DNA from: a virus
IMG/VR virus record: IMGVR_UViG_3300008267_012518
Length of the DNA: 64,000 nucleotides
Strand: one strand, 5' to 3'
The notes beneath the pieces are model-generated. The model saw only the letters and a list, made by a program, of their open reading frames with translations, searched no databases and was not told the DNA's origin. Shown here piece by piece: positions 29,343-37,725 of this stretch (position 1 is the first letter of the stretch; every line of letters begins with the position of its first letter). The translations under genes were made by a program, and so were the position numbers.

Positions 29343-31072
29343 TGTCCAACTCGGACCGATTTAGTGTCGACACTATCGTCCATCGATACTTCATTAATAC
29401 TTGTAAATACATCCTTATTGATCGATAATATCCTATCAAAGATTTCTTGATTTAATATTGCGTGGTGTACTACAAAAATGTTAATCTTATAATCATTTGC
29501 GAATGATTTCAAAAGATTTAGAATTGATTCACAGGATTCGATGTCCATACTTGAAAATACTTCATCCAAAAAAAGAATGTTGATGTGTTTTTTTGTTCTT
29601 ATGAGTTTCAGATAAGCAATTAGTATACATAGATTGACTTTTTTAGTTTCACCAGTACTCAAACTATCGTGGTCAATTGTGTTACCAAATTGTTTAATTT
29701 CAGCAGTGAATGTTTCATCCAACTTAACTTGAAATGGTAATAACATCTTTTTGATATTCTCTTGAATGAAGTGGTTTATTGGTTTAATTATACCAGCAAT
29801 GATTGATTTCTTCACACCATCCTCACCGAATATTTTGGATAACTCCTTATAATACAATTCCTTTTCTTTACAAACAGTTTGGTTGTCAACGCTTGATGAT
29901 TTCTTTTCTTCTAACTCTGATATAGCTTGTTCAAACTCTTGAATGTTTACATTTGATTTACCAGTATCATTATCTTTCTGTTGTTGTAACTTGTCTATTT
30001 GTGATTTGTAATTTCTAAGAAGATACGTAATATCATCAAAAGATTTTTTAGTTTTATCAGATATTGTTTGAAGTTTTGACTGTTTTTCTCTTATCGACTT
30101 GATATTTGTTTCCAAAACCAATTTGATATCATCCAGAGACTTCTTTTTATCAATCAATGATTGTTTCAGACCAATAAAATGGTCATTAAGAAAATCAGTT
30201 CCACAAGTTGGACATTTACCGGATTCGTATAAATCAATGTCCTTCTGAGCTGATTTGATATCATGTCCAATTTTAATATATTGTTCTTTCTCCGTTTCAA
30301 GTTCTGATTTGAGTTCATCATCTTTTTGTTTAATCTTATCGACTTTTTCTTTTAACTGTTGATACTCACCTTTTCTTGATTCCATATCATTTTTGATTTC
30401 ATCAATTTCGGATTGTATATTTAACTTTTCCTTTTCGATGGCTTTTTCAATAGATTGTTTTATTCTTTCTATTGAAGAATTGAGTGTTGATATTTCTGAA
30501 TCAAATTTAGCATTTTGTAATTTATTTGTTTTAACCAAATCCTTCAAAATGCCATTCAATAAGTTGATGACTTCAAGATTGAATAACTTATCAAGTAAAA
30601 GTTGTTTTTCTTCATTTGATAGACTAATAAAATTTTTGAAATCATTGATTGACATTGATATGAATGATTTGAATGTCTCAATATCCATACCAATATAGTT
30701 TTCGATCTTTTCATCTATATTAGCTTTTCCAGCTCTATCATTTTCCAAACCATTTTCAATCAATTTCAAAACACTTGGACCAATACCTCTGATTACTTCT
30801 ACTTCAGTACCATTAGATAAAAATTTAATTCTATTTTGAAGTTCACCATTAATTCTATTTGGTAGGGTTCCAAGTGTAGCCCACTTTTTCTTTTTCATAG
30901 ATTTGACCTTTCCATAGAGAACATATTCAAAACTTTCAATGAAACTACTTTTACCGTTACCATTCGATCCAGTCAAAAGAATTAACTCTCCTTTATCAGA
31001 GTTTAGTTTTAACGTTTGTTCGTTGTTTCCAAAACTTTTAAATCCACGGATCCCAATTTCTGATATTATCAT
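29327..31072 (-). CDS. SbcC/Rad50/T4 gp46-like recombination ATPase
   Basis: Walker A GSNGNGKSS, coiled coil with CPTCG zinc hook, LSTGE signature, LFLDE Walker B; ATG at 31072 preferred over TTG at 31087. Confidence 0.93.
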   Translation of the reverse strand: MIISEIGIRGFKSFGNNEQTLKLNSDKGELILLTGSNGNGKSSFIESFEYVLYGKVKSMKKKKWATLGTLPNRINGELQNRIKFLSNGTEVEVIRGIGPSVLKLIENGLENDRAGKANIDEKIENYIGMDIETFKSFISMSINDFKNFISLSNEEKQLLLDKLFNLEVINLLNGILKDLVKTNKLQNAKFDSEISTLNSSIERIKQSIEKAIEKEKLNIQSEIDEIKNDMESRKGEYQQLKEKVDKIKQKDDELKSELETEKEQYIKIGHDIKSAQKDIDLYESGKCPTCGTDFLNDHFIGLKQSLIDKKKSLDDIKLVLETNIKSIREKQSKLQTISDKTKKSFDDITYLLRNYKSQIDKLQQQKDNDTGKSNVNIQEFEQAISELEEKKSSSVDNQTVCKEKELYYKELSKIFGEDGVKKSIIAGIIKPINHFIQENIKKMLLPFQVKLDETFTAEIKQFGNTIDHDSLSTGETKKVNLCILIAYLKLIRTKKHINILFLDEVFSSMDIESCESILNLLKSFANDYKINIFVVHHAILNQEIFDRILSINKDVFTSINEVSMDDSVDTKSVRVGHYSVV

Positions 31073-31148
31073 ATTAAGTATACTCAAAATTAATCAAATG
31101 TTTGGGGGGATAAGTCTAATTGATATATAAGAAAATCCTTAAAATTTT

Positions 31149-31838
31149 GTGAATTTCGTTGGTTTAGACCCTTCTCTGATTTCTACTGGTTTAGTTGTTA
31201 ATGGTAAGTTATTTAACTATTGTAGAGAAAAAGATGCTATGAATAAAAGTGGATATAGTAAGTGGTTCAAATATTGTGAAGATAAAGTTACGTTTAGATT
31301 TATTGATTATAGACAAACAGAAAGTTACTCAGAAGGTGAATTAATCAAATTGAAAGACTATGATAAAATCACCGACCAGATTATCAAAGATATAGAGGAG
31401 AACATTGATAAATCAAAACCCACCAAGGTTGGTATTGAAGGATATTCATATTCTTCCGATGCGGGTGCTATTATTGACTTAGTAACTTTTTCTACCCTAT
31501 TGAGAAAAAAACTTTATGATTACATTTCCAAAGATATTACTGTCTTCTCTCCATCAACTCTGAAACTTGAGTCTTGTAAATTGACTTATCCACCAATTAA
31601 TGAGGGTAAGAAAAAAGAAAAATGGGTTTACAAAAATGCATATGGTATTAGTGGTGGTAACTTGACTAAACACGGTATGTTTATGTGTATAGTCGATAAT
31701 AATGAAATCAAAGATGATTGGTTGAACTTGTGTAGAACATTAAAAGATGATATAATGAATGCTAGTAAAGTCCCCAAGCCTTTTGAAGATCTTAACGATT
31801 CATTTTTATTGTACCATATTTTAAAGAAAAATTTGTAA
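31149..31838 (+). CDS. RuvC-like Holliday junction resolvase
   Basis: VGLDPSLISTG, IEGYS and DLNDS acidic RNase H-fold residues; GTG start. Confidence 0.75.
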   Translation: MNFVGLDPSLISTGLVVNGKLFNYCREKDAMNKSGYSKWFKYCEDKVTFRFIDYRQTESYSEGELIKLKDYDKITDQIIKDIEENIDKSKPTKVGIEGYSYSSDAGAIIDLVTFSTLLRKKLYDYISKDITVFSPSTLKLESCKLTYPPINEGKKKEKWVYKNAYGISGGNLTKHGMFMCIVDNNEIKDDWLNLCRTLKDDIMNASKVPKPFEDLNDSFLLYHILKKNL

Positions 31839-31863
31839 AGTCACCTAAACTTTCATATCTTTG
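31832..31863 (+). promoter_or_regulatory. Bacteroidota-type promoter (DUF6011 and M28 genes)
   Basis: TTTG-N20-TATCTTTG; 4 nt to ATG. Confidence 0.8.
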
Positions 31864-31867
31864 TATT

Positions 31868-32272
31868 ATGAAAGTAGGACAGATATCACACAACGTAGCC
31901 CCCGATTATATTCTTGGTGGAAAGGCTTTTGTAACCTTTCAAAACTCACAGACTGGTAATCGTTTCACCTACAAAGTGGTAAAACACAAAGTTGACGATA
32001 TTTATTTTGTTCACGTATTGACTAACCCAGATGTGTATATGTTTTTGGGTACCATTATCAATTATGGTTTCAGGCACTCTAAAAAATCAAAAATTGATCG
32101 TGATGCTAGGTCGGTTATAGTTTTTGATTATGTATTCCACCATTTAGGTATGGGAACACTCAACACATCTATTGAAATTTTTCACGATGGTCGGTGTGGA
32201 AAGTGTGGTCGTCAGCTAACAGATCCAATTTCAGTAGAAACCGGCCTTGGACCTTATTGTAGAAAAAAATAA
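31868..32272 (+). CDS. DUF6011-like protein with C-terminal zinc ribbon
   Basis: GRCGKCGRQLTDPISVETGLGPYC; N-terminal TFQNSQTGNRFTYKV. Confidence 0.75.
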   Translation: MKVGQISHNVAPDYILGGKAFVTFQNSQTGNRFTYKVVKHKVDDIYFVHVLTNPDVYMFLGTIINYGFRHSKKSKIDRDARSVIVFDYVFHHLGMGTLNTSIEIFHDGRCGKCGRQLTDPISVETGLGPYCRKK

Positions 32273-32273
32273 T

Positions 32274-33038
32274 ATGTATAATAAAATTTATGATTTTTGT
32301 AAAGTAAGAAATTACGGCAACATTTATAAAAATGATACTAACCAACCTCCACCCAGAGTTGAGTTTCTTTTGAATCTTCTCGAAGAAGAGGGTGTTGATT
32401 ATGAACTTGACAGATTTGATTCAAACAATGGGTGGTCTGGTAAAGATTGTATTGGATATAATATCATTTTAAAGGGCAATTCCTCAAAAATGGTGGTTGC
32501 TCATCATGATGTAAATAATCATAAAATTGACAATGCGAATGATAACTCAGCATCTGTCATAAACGCCATAATGGTAAAGAAACTAAAACCACAAATCAAT
32601 GTAGTTTTACTTGATGGTGAGGAAGTTGGTGGCATTGGATCGAAAAGAGTTTCTGAACAAATAAATAGGGGACAGTTTGGACAGATAGATTGGGTTCTAA
32701 ACTTGGAACTCACAGGCCGTGGGGGAAAGTATTTCTTTATTGGGGATTACCCAGGTAAACTCACAGACCATATCAAATCAATCTTTGATTGTCCTGTCTA
32801 TCAAACACCATATAATGATTCAGTAACATTTAGAGTTCATGGTATTGATTCTGTTGTTATCAATCCCATCCCTCCATTGAATGAGGGTAGAACATCGACT
32901 GTGAAATGGGACGAGAATACATATCTAGATAATAGTATGTTGAGAAACTGTCATTCTGAAAGAGATTCTATTGACACAATTGATGTAGATGATATGAAGG
33001 AATTCGTTGAGGGGGTTGTACTCAGGATATTAGAATAA
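32274..33038 (+). CDS. M28-family zinc aminopeptidase-like protein
   Basis: VAHHD, NANDNSAS, DGEEVG, LNLELTG, C-terminal His (CHSERD); ATG at 32274 preferred. Confidence 0.8.
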   Translation: MYNKIYDFCKVRNYGNIYKNDTNQPPPRVEFLLNLLEEEGVDYELDRFDSNNGWSGKDCIGYNIILKGNSSKMVVAHHDVNNHKIDNANDNSASVINAIMVKKLKPQINVVLLDGEEVGGIGSKRVSEQINRGQFGQIDWVLNLELTGRGGKYFFIGDYPGKLTDHIKSIFDCPVYQTPYNDSVTFRVHGIDSVVINPIPPLNEGRTSTVKWDENTYLDNSMLRNCHSERDSIDTIDVDDMKEFVEGVVLRILE

Positions 33039-33293
33039 CTTCTGTTCAAAACAATCAGTGTCTTTCCAGTAATTCCAAATAGTATCACCAATAGTATCTG
33101 TGATTATTATTGGTGATGGATTATCAATTATAGGATTTTCTCCACAAGAGACAATTTTGATCTTACTTTTCAAAGGATATCCGGGTATATCCTTATTAGT
33201 TGTTATCTCTATCTTTTGATAACAATCATAACATTTTTCCTTTTTACAGGCAATACATACCCACAAAACAAATAACACCATAAGAACCCTCAT
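33030..33293 (-). CDS. Lipoprotein
   Basis: Hydrophobic signal ending ...CIAC followed by KKEK; further Cys in CYDC, SCG, TDC. Confidence 0.7.
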   Translation of the reverse strand: MRVLMVLFVLWVCIACKKEKCYDCYQKIEITTNKDIPGYPLKSKIKIVSCGENPIIDNPSPIIITDTIGDTIWNYWKDTDCFEQKLF

Positions 33294-33307
33294 GGTGTTA
33301 TATATTT

Positions 33308-33700
33308 TTATTTATTTTGAAATTTTATCACATTATCTAAATAACCTTGGATATTCATTTTGCCAACAGGATTTTGTGAATGGACTACATAGTCAGGTAA
33401 TTTTTTATTATTATCGATACAAAAATTACCCAACCATTTAGCACAATCATATCCAGTTTTTTCCATTGGGATAGCATCTAGAATCCTAGAGAAGTCCATA
33501 ATATAATGTTCATCAGCTAAGTCGTGATCGAATGAAATGAAATCTGGTAATCCATTTTCAGAAATCCAATTAATAAACTCATTATAAGTCCTTACGATAA
33601 TCCAATCGTTTTCCCAATAAAATTTATTTAAGTGTGAGGGGACCAGACCATTCGCACAATCTTTTGGATTTCTTATATCGTCCAAGAATAACTTTTTCAT
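33308..33700 (-). CDS. Cyclic-phosphate-processing receiver-like (cREC) protein
   Basis: LFLDDIRNP, IVRTYNEF, ISFDHDL, TGYDCAKW, VHSQNPVG. Confidence 0.8.
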   Translation of the reverse strand: MKKLFLDDIRNPKDCANGLVPSHLNKFYWENDWIIVRTYNEFINWISENGLPDFISFDHDLADEHYIMDFSRILDAIPMEKTGYDCAKWLGNFCIDNNKKLPDYVVHSQNPVGKMNIQGYLDNVIKFQNK

Positions 33701-33704
33701 TCTA

Positions 33705-33736
33705 CAAAGATAATTAAAAATTATTAATTAAACAAA
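33705..33736 (-). promoter_or_regulatory. Bacteroidota-type promoter (cREC gene)
   Basis: TTTG-N20-TATCTTTG; 4 nt to ATG. Confidence 0.8.
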
Positions 33737-34947
33737 TCATCTGCTGATAGATCTTCTCTGAATTCATCATCAGAATTACCCATCAGATCATTGAGGTCCT
33801 TTTCAACTTCTTCAATTTCATCTAAAGATTTATATCTGAAGTAATCATTGACTATTGGTTCCATCTTCTTAAGAACCTCAGGTGTGAATACTTCCGGTGT
33901 GAATAGATTTTTCGTTGTTACGGATTTATCTAAGTGACTGATGTACCAACGAATACCGCCGGGATTAAAAGTCATTTCACCAGTTTTTTTATCTACTTCA
34001 ACCTTACCTTGTGCGATGCCGATTTGGTTGAAATATTCTGGTCTACAAAAAGCATCAAGACCTGTGTATGGATTCATACCATGATTGAATGAAATATCAA
34101 ATCTGATTTTCTTTGGTTTAGCGAGACGATTTTTTGCGGTTTTAAATAGTACTGTAATACCTGACTGTCCTAGATCCATATCATCTTCTTCACCAGTTTT
34201 TAGTTTTGACTTTGACATCATACCAATTACTGAAGCAGAGTAAACAAGGGATCTACCACCTTTGAGTACCTCTTGTGGAAACATATCTTGTGTCAGATAG
34301 GTATGATTACAAACAATCATAGGGATATCCAAAAATCCAAGGTCAGTATTGATTGAACGGAATAGTGAACCAATAGCTTTAGCTTTAGTCATATCTTGTT
34401 TGATATCGCCTTTTAACAAATCAGCTTTTTCTTTATTAGAAGCCATCTGTCCAATTGAATCCAAAACAATCATAAGTGGTTGGATTTCATTCCCTTTGAG
34501 TTTCTCTTCTTTTAGAGAATCAAGTAATTGTGTAAGTGTGATATTTATATCTTCTACTTTATTTGATCTCACTAGAATGAATTTCTGTGGGTCTGAATCA
34601 ATTCCATATTTTGAAATCTCATCCAATTCAACTGAATACTCAGTATCAATGTAAACAACACCATAACCTTCTTTTTGAGCATTTTTAGCTACAGAGTAAG
34701 CCAAAAATGATTTACCAGTTCCGGATTCACCTGCAAAACACGTAATTCGGTTTGTTTGTACTCCACCTCCTAAAAGTCTTGAGGAAAGTGCTGCATCAAG
34801 TAGATACACACCTGTTGAAATGAATTTTTTTTCTTTCACTTTATCATCGATGATGATGGGCACAGTCTTAGCAATACTAGACATAAGTGCACCTACTTTA
34901 CTGAATTCAAACTTTTTAGAGCCATTATCTTTCTTTTCTTTTGCCAT
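33724..34947 (-). CDS. recA: RecA/UvsX recombinase
   Basis: ISTGVYLLD, Walker A GESGTGKS, YIDTEYS, LDSIG, NHTY, GGRSLVYSAS, KNRL. Confidence 0.95.
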   Translation of the reverse strand: MAKEKKDNGSKKFEFSKVGALMSSIAKTVPIIIDDKVKEKKFISTGVYLLDAALSSRLLGGGVQTNRITCFAGESGTGKSFLAYSVAKNAQKEGYGVVYIDTEYSVELDEISKYGIDSDPQKFILVRSNKVEDINITLTQLLDSLKEEKLKGNEIQPLMIVLDSIGQMASNKEKADLLKGDIKQDMTKAKAIGSLFRSINTDLGFLDIPMIVCNHTYLTQDMFPQEVLKGGRSLVYSASVIGMMSKSKLKTGEEDDMDLGQSGITVLFKTAKNRLAKPKKIRFDISFNHGMNPYTGLDAFCRPEYFNQIGIAQGKVEVDKKTGEMTFNPGGIRWYISHLDKSVTTKNLFTPEVFTPEVLKKMEPIVNDYFRYKSLDEIEEVEKDLNDLMGNSDDEFREDLSADDLFN

Positions 34948-35001
34948 ATAAATAAAAATTAATTTAATATTTATATCAAAATCAAAAGTAAAAGATTTAA
35001 A

Positions 35002-35376
35002 TTATTGACCGATTCTAAATGAATTTGTTTGACTTGTTCCCCCTATTTTATTTGTTCTTGTAATACCATCGCCACCAGGTACTTTATAAGTCATGTAGTC
35101 TATTTCACCACCAATCAATTCGGGATTTCTTTTGAAATATTTGATAGCTTTATTTCTTAATTCTTCACCATATGCGTCCATGTCATCCGAAGATAAGTCT
35201 TTTGGGAATTTTTGACCTATTTTTTTAGCCAAATCTTCATATCTACCTTTAGTGCATAAACCATCGACATAATCTTGGATTTTAAGATCTAGCACTGGAT
35301 TGAAATCTGGTATCACTTCCCCACCATCGTCCACACCAGTTTGGTGAAACATTTCAAATTTTTTAATAAATTTCAT
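35002..35376 (-). CDS. Hypothetical protein, putative internal head protein
   Basis: MKFIKKFEMF leader; AATATATA 6 nt upstream. Confidence 0.55.
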   Translation of the reverse strand: MKFIKKFEMFHQTGVDDGGEVIPDFNPVLDLKIQDYVDGLCTKGRYEDLAKKIGQKFPKDLSSDDMDAYGEELRNKAIKYFKRNPELIGGEIDYMTYKVPGGDGITRTNKIGGTSQTNSFRIGQ

Positions 35377-35394
35377 ATTAATTATATATTAAAC

Positions 35395-35425
35395 TTTGTT
35401 TTTGTAAAAGGTAGTATTACCTTTG
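35395..35425 (+). promoter_or_regulatory. Bacteroidota-type promoter (phosphoesterase, greA, tRNA-Arg unit)
   Basis: TTTG-N19-TACCTTTG; 4 nt to ATG. Confidence 0.8.
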
Positions 35426-35429
35426 TACT

Positions 35430-36032
35430 ATGAACATATGGTTTACATCAGATACGCACTTCGGACACACCAACATTGCTGGTCCAAGTATATCTGTTTG
35501 GAAAGATGGATTTAGAAACTTCAATTCTGTTCAAGAAATGAACGATGCTCTTATCCACAATATAAATAAGATAGTTGGTGAAGATGATATCCTTTACCAC
35601 CTTGGTGATTGGAGCTTTGGTGGAGTTCATAATATCTACTATTTTAGGAAATCACTTATCTGTAAAAATATTCACCTAATTCTTGGTAACCACGACCAAC
35701 ATATCACAAATAAAGAAATCAAATTTCTTGATAGTTCATTCAACCCAATAGATTTGTTTAGTTCTGTTCAAGATGTTTTCACGGGAAAGATAGGTAAAAA
35801 CTATTTTCACCTCTCACATTATTCCCACCAAGTTTGGCCAGGAAGTCATAAAAATTTTATACACCTATTTGGACATAGCCACGGAAGTCTAAAAGGTCTT
35901 GGTAAGTCTATGGATGTTGGCGTTGATACTCACCCAGAATTCAGACCTTATCATATAAATGAAATTATCAAAATTATGGATAAGATACCTGTAAAATTTA
36001 TTGATCACCACGATGAAAGCACAAATGTTTGA
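35430..36032 (+). CDS. Calcineurin-like metallophosphoesterase
   Basis: SDTHFGH, HLGD, GNHD, SHY, GHSHG motifs. Confidence 0.92.
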   Translation: MNIWFTSDTHFGHTNIAGPSISVWKDGFRNFNSVQEMNDALIHNINKIVGEDDILYHLGDWSFGGVHNIYYFRKSLICKNIHLILGNHDQHITNKEIKFLDSSFNPIDLFSSVQDVFTGKIGKNYFHLSHYSHQVWPGSHKNFIHLFGHSHGSLKGLGKSMDVGVDTHPEFRPYHINEIIKIMDKIPVKFIDHHDESTNV

Positions 36033-36092
36033 AAATAAGCCAACTTTTATAAACTGATAAATATAACTGAAATTCAAAATAACTTAAATTAT

Positions 36093-36563
36093 ATGGCAAA
36101 AATACCTATGACCCGAGAAGGGTTTCAAAAATTAGAGCAAGAATTAAAGGATATGCGTGGTCCACAGTTGAGGGAACATATCCAAAATTTGGCAGAAGCA
36201 AAAGATAAAGGTGACCTTTCAGAAAATGCTGAATATGATGTCGCTAAAACAGCTATTGATGATTTAAATAGAAAAATCAATAAACTTTCACAGAAGTTAG
36301 CAGATGCTGAAATTATTGAAGGTATTATCGATGATGGTACAGTTCAACTACTTACTTGGGTTAAATTCAAAAATACTAAGAGTGGGGTTACGATCGAATA
36401 TCGAATTGTGCCAGAAAATGAAATTGATATTAAATCTGGTAAAATCTCGCACCTAAGTCCTATTGGAAGTGCTCTAATGGGTAATCGAGTTGGAGATAAA
36501 GTAATTGCAGAAGTACCTATTGGTAAAATGGAACTTGAGATTTTGGAAATCAGAGTTAAGTAA
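36093..36563 (+). CDS. greA: Transcription elongation factor GreA
   Basis: MTREGFQKL...GDLSENAEY (conserved D/E), ISHLSPIGSALMG. Confidence 0.95.
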   Translation: MAKIPMTREGFQKLEQELKDMRGPQLREHIQNLAEAKDKGDLSENAEYDVAKTAIDDLNRKINKLSQKLADAEIIEGIIDDGTVQLLTWVKFKNTKSGVTIEYRIVPENEIDIKSGKISHLSPIGSALMGNRVGDKVIAEVPIGKMELEILEIRVK

Positions 36564-36835
36564 TGATTGGTCTTTACAAGGGTCATGTATTTCAAGGATC
36601 TAATAAGATGTGGCAAGAGTATAGAATTGTTCATCTTGGTAAGTGGGATGGGAGTGATGAAGTTTTTTTTACAACCTACCACCACGAATTTCCAAATGAG
36701 AGATTACAAATCTATCTTCATAAATACAAACCTTTGTCAAGAACATTCAAAGCTAATATTGACCAGTATATGAAAAAAGATCCTTATTTTATTGAATTAA
36801 ACAGAGAAGAAAAATTAAACGATTTACTATCATGA
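36563..36835 (+). CDS. Hypothetical protein with C-terminal REEKL motif
   Basis: Start overlaps the greA stop; ends LNREEKLNDLLS. Confidence 0.65.
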   Translation: MIGLYKGHVFQGSNKMWQEYRIVHLGKWDGSDEVFFTTYHHEFPNERLQIYLHKYKPLSRTFKANIDQYMKKDPYFIELNREEKLNDLLS

Positions 36836-37209
36836 TAAAAATAGAAGTTGACTGTATAGACGAAAAAATTGAACTCCTTGATAGGATTAAAATCCTACAT
36901 AAGAAAATGAAAAAATCCCTAAATAAAGATGGGGATAAAATGTTTGATGAAGATGAACTTATAGATTTCCCATTCTATATTGATCCCTTTCATATTAAAG
37001 TAACAACAGAAGAATCTATTCAAAAAATGATTAATAAGTTAATTGATGAATATTGGGAAAATGTTGACTTCGATCTTGGATATGAAAATGAAAAGTATTA
37101 TGTTTGTCATAAGAAATCAAAACACGTAGTTGAACTGGACAAGGGTAGTACCTGGGACGACTATAGGGATGAAAGAATTAAATTGAAGAACTTTTTTGAA
37201 AGTATTTGA
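36832..37209 (+). CDS. Hypothetical protein
   Basis: 125 aa, ATGA-coupled to the previous gene. Confidence 0.65.
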   Translation: MIKIEVDCIDEKIELLDRIKILHKKMKKSLNKDGDKMFDEDELIDFPFYIDPFHIKVTTEESIQKMINKLIDEYWENVDFDLGYENEKYYVCHKKSKHVVELDKGSTWDDYRDERIKLKNFFESI

Positions 37210-37224
37210 TATAAGAAAACTAAT

Positions 37225-37300
37225 GGTTCCGTAGCTCAGCCCGGATAGCAGCAACTCACTTCTAATGAGTAGGTCATAGGTTCGAATCCTATCGGAACTA
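37225..37300 (+). tRNA. tRNA-Arg(UCU)
   Basis: Acceptor GGTTCCG/CGGAACT, anticodon arm ACTCA-CTTCTAA-TGAGT, T arm ATAGG-TTCGAAT-CCTAT; CCA not encoded. Confidence 0.93.
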
Positions 37301-37301
37301 C

Positions 37302-37333
37302 AAAGGAACTCTAAATGAGTTCCTTTTTCTTTT
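37302..37333 (+). terminator. Intrinsic terminator after tRNA-Arg
   Basis: AAAGGAACTC-TAAAT-GAGTTCCTTT followed by TTCTTTT. Confidence 0.85.
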
Positions 37334-37334
37334 C

Positions 37335-37466
37335 ATTTATTTAATCCATAAATCTTGGGATTTTTGGTATGATTATCAAAATGATTTACATAGAATAAGA
37401 GAAGAAAAGATAAATGAGATATTTGGTATAGGTAAGGAAACTTTAAAAGATATTTGGCCAGAGTAA
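37335..37466 (+). pseudogene. ATG-less open frame encoding an REEKINEIF motif peptide
   Basis: Frame reads IYLIHKSWDFWYDYQNDLHRIREEKINEIFGIGKETLKDIWPE*; no ATG back to the in-frame TGA at 37266; the start coordinate is a guess (ATT). Confidence 0.45.
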
Positions 37467-37484
37467 AACTTTATATTACCTTTG
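37453..37484 (+). promoter_or_regulatory. Bacteroidota-type promoter (54-aa ORF and tRNA-Cys)
   Basis: TTTG-N20-TACCTTTG; 4 nt to ATG. Confidence 0.8.
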
Positions 37485-37488
37485 TATT

Positions 37489-37653
37489 ATGAATTCTGAA
37501 CAATACCTCAACTATCTACAAGAATCTCAACATATTGCACTTGAGTCCTATAATTACATAGGTGAAATGTATAATTCTTACATGACTAGTCAACTCTATG
37601 ACGAATATCTTCAACTTCAGAGGGATGAAAAGATTGATGAAATACTAAACTAA
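37489..37653 (+). CDS. 54-aa hypothetical protein with C-terminal RDEKI motif
   Basis: Translated by hand: MNSEQYLNYLQESQHIALESYNYIGEMYNSYMTSQLYDEYLQLQRDEKIDEILN; host-type promoter 4 nt upstream. Confidence 0.75.
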   Translation: MNSEQYLNYLQESQHIALESYNYIGEMYNSYMTSQLYDEYLQLQRDEKIDEILN

Positions 37654-37724
37654 GGTCCGTTGTCAGAGCGGTTATGTCGAGGACTGCAAATCCTTTTAGC
37701 CTGGTTCGACTCCAGGACGGACCT
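37654..37724 (+). tRNA. tRNA-Cys(GCA)
   Basis: Acceptor GGTCCGT/ACGGACC with U discriminator, anticodon arm GAGGA-CTGCAAA-TCCTT, T arm CCTGG-TTCGACT-CCAGG; CCA not encoded. Confidence 0.93.
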
Positions 37725-37725
37725 C

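Noticed and set aside
35430-36032. Metallophosphoesterase as the gp47/SbcD partner of gp46
   Set aside because: At 200 aa it lacks the capping and C-terminal regions of Mre11/gp47, is not adjacent to gp46, and has a different promoter.
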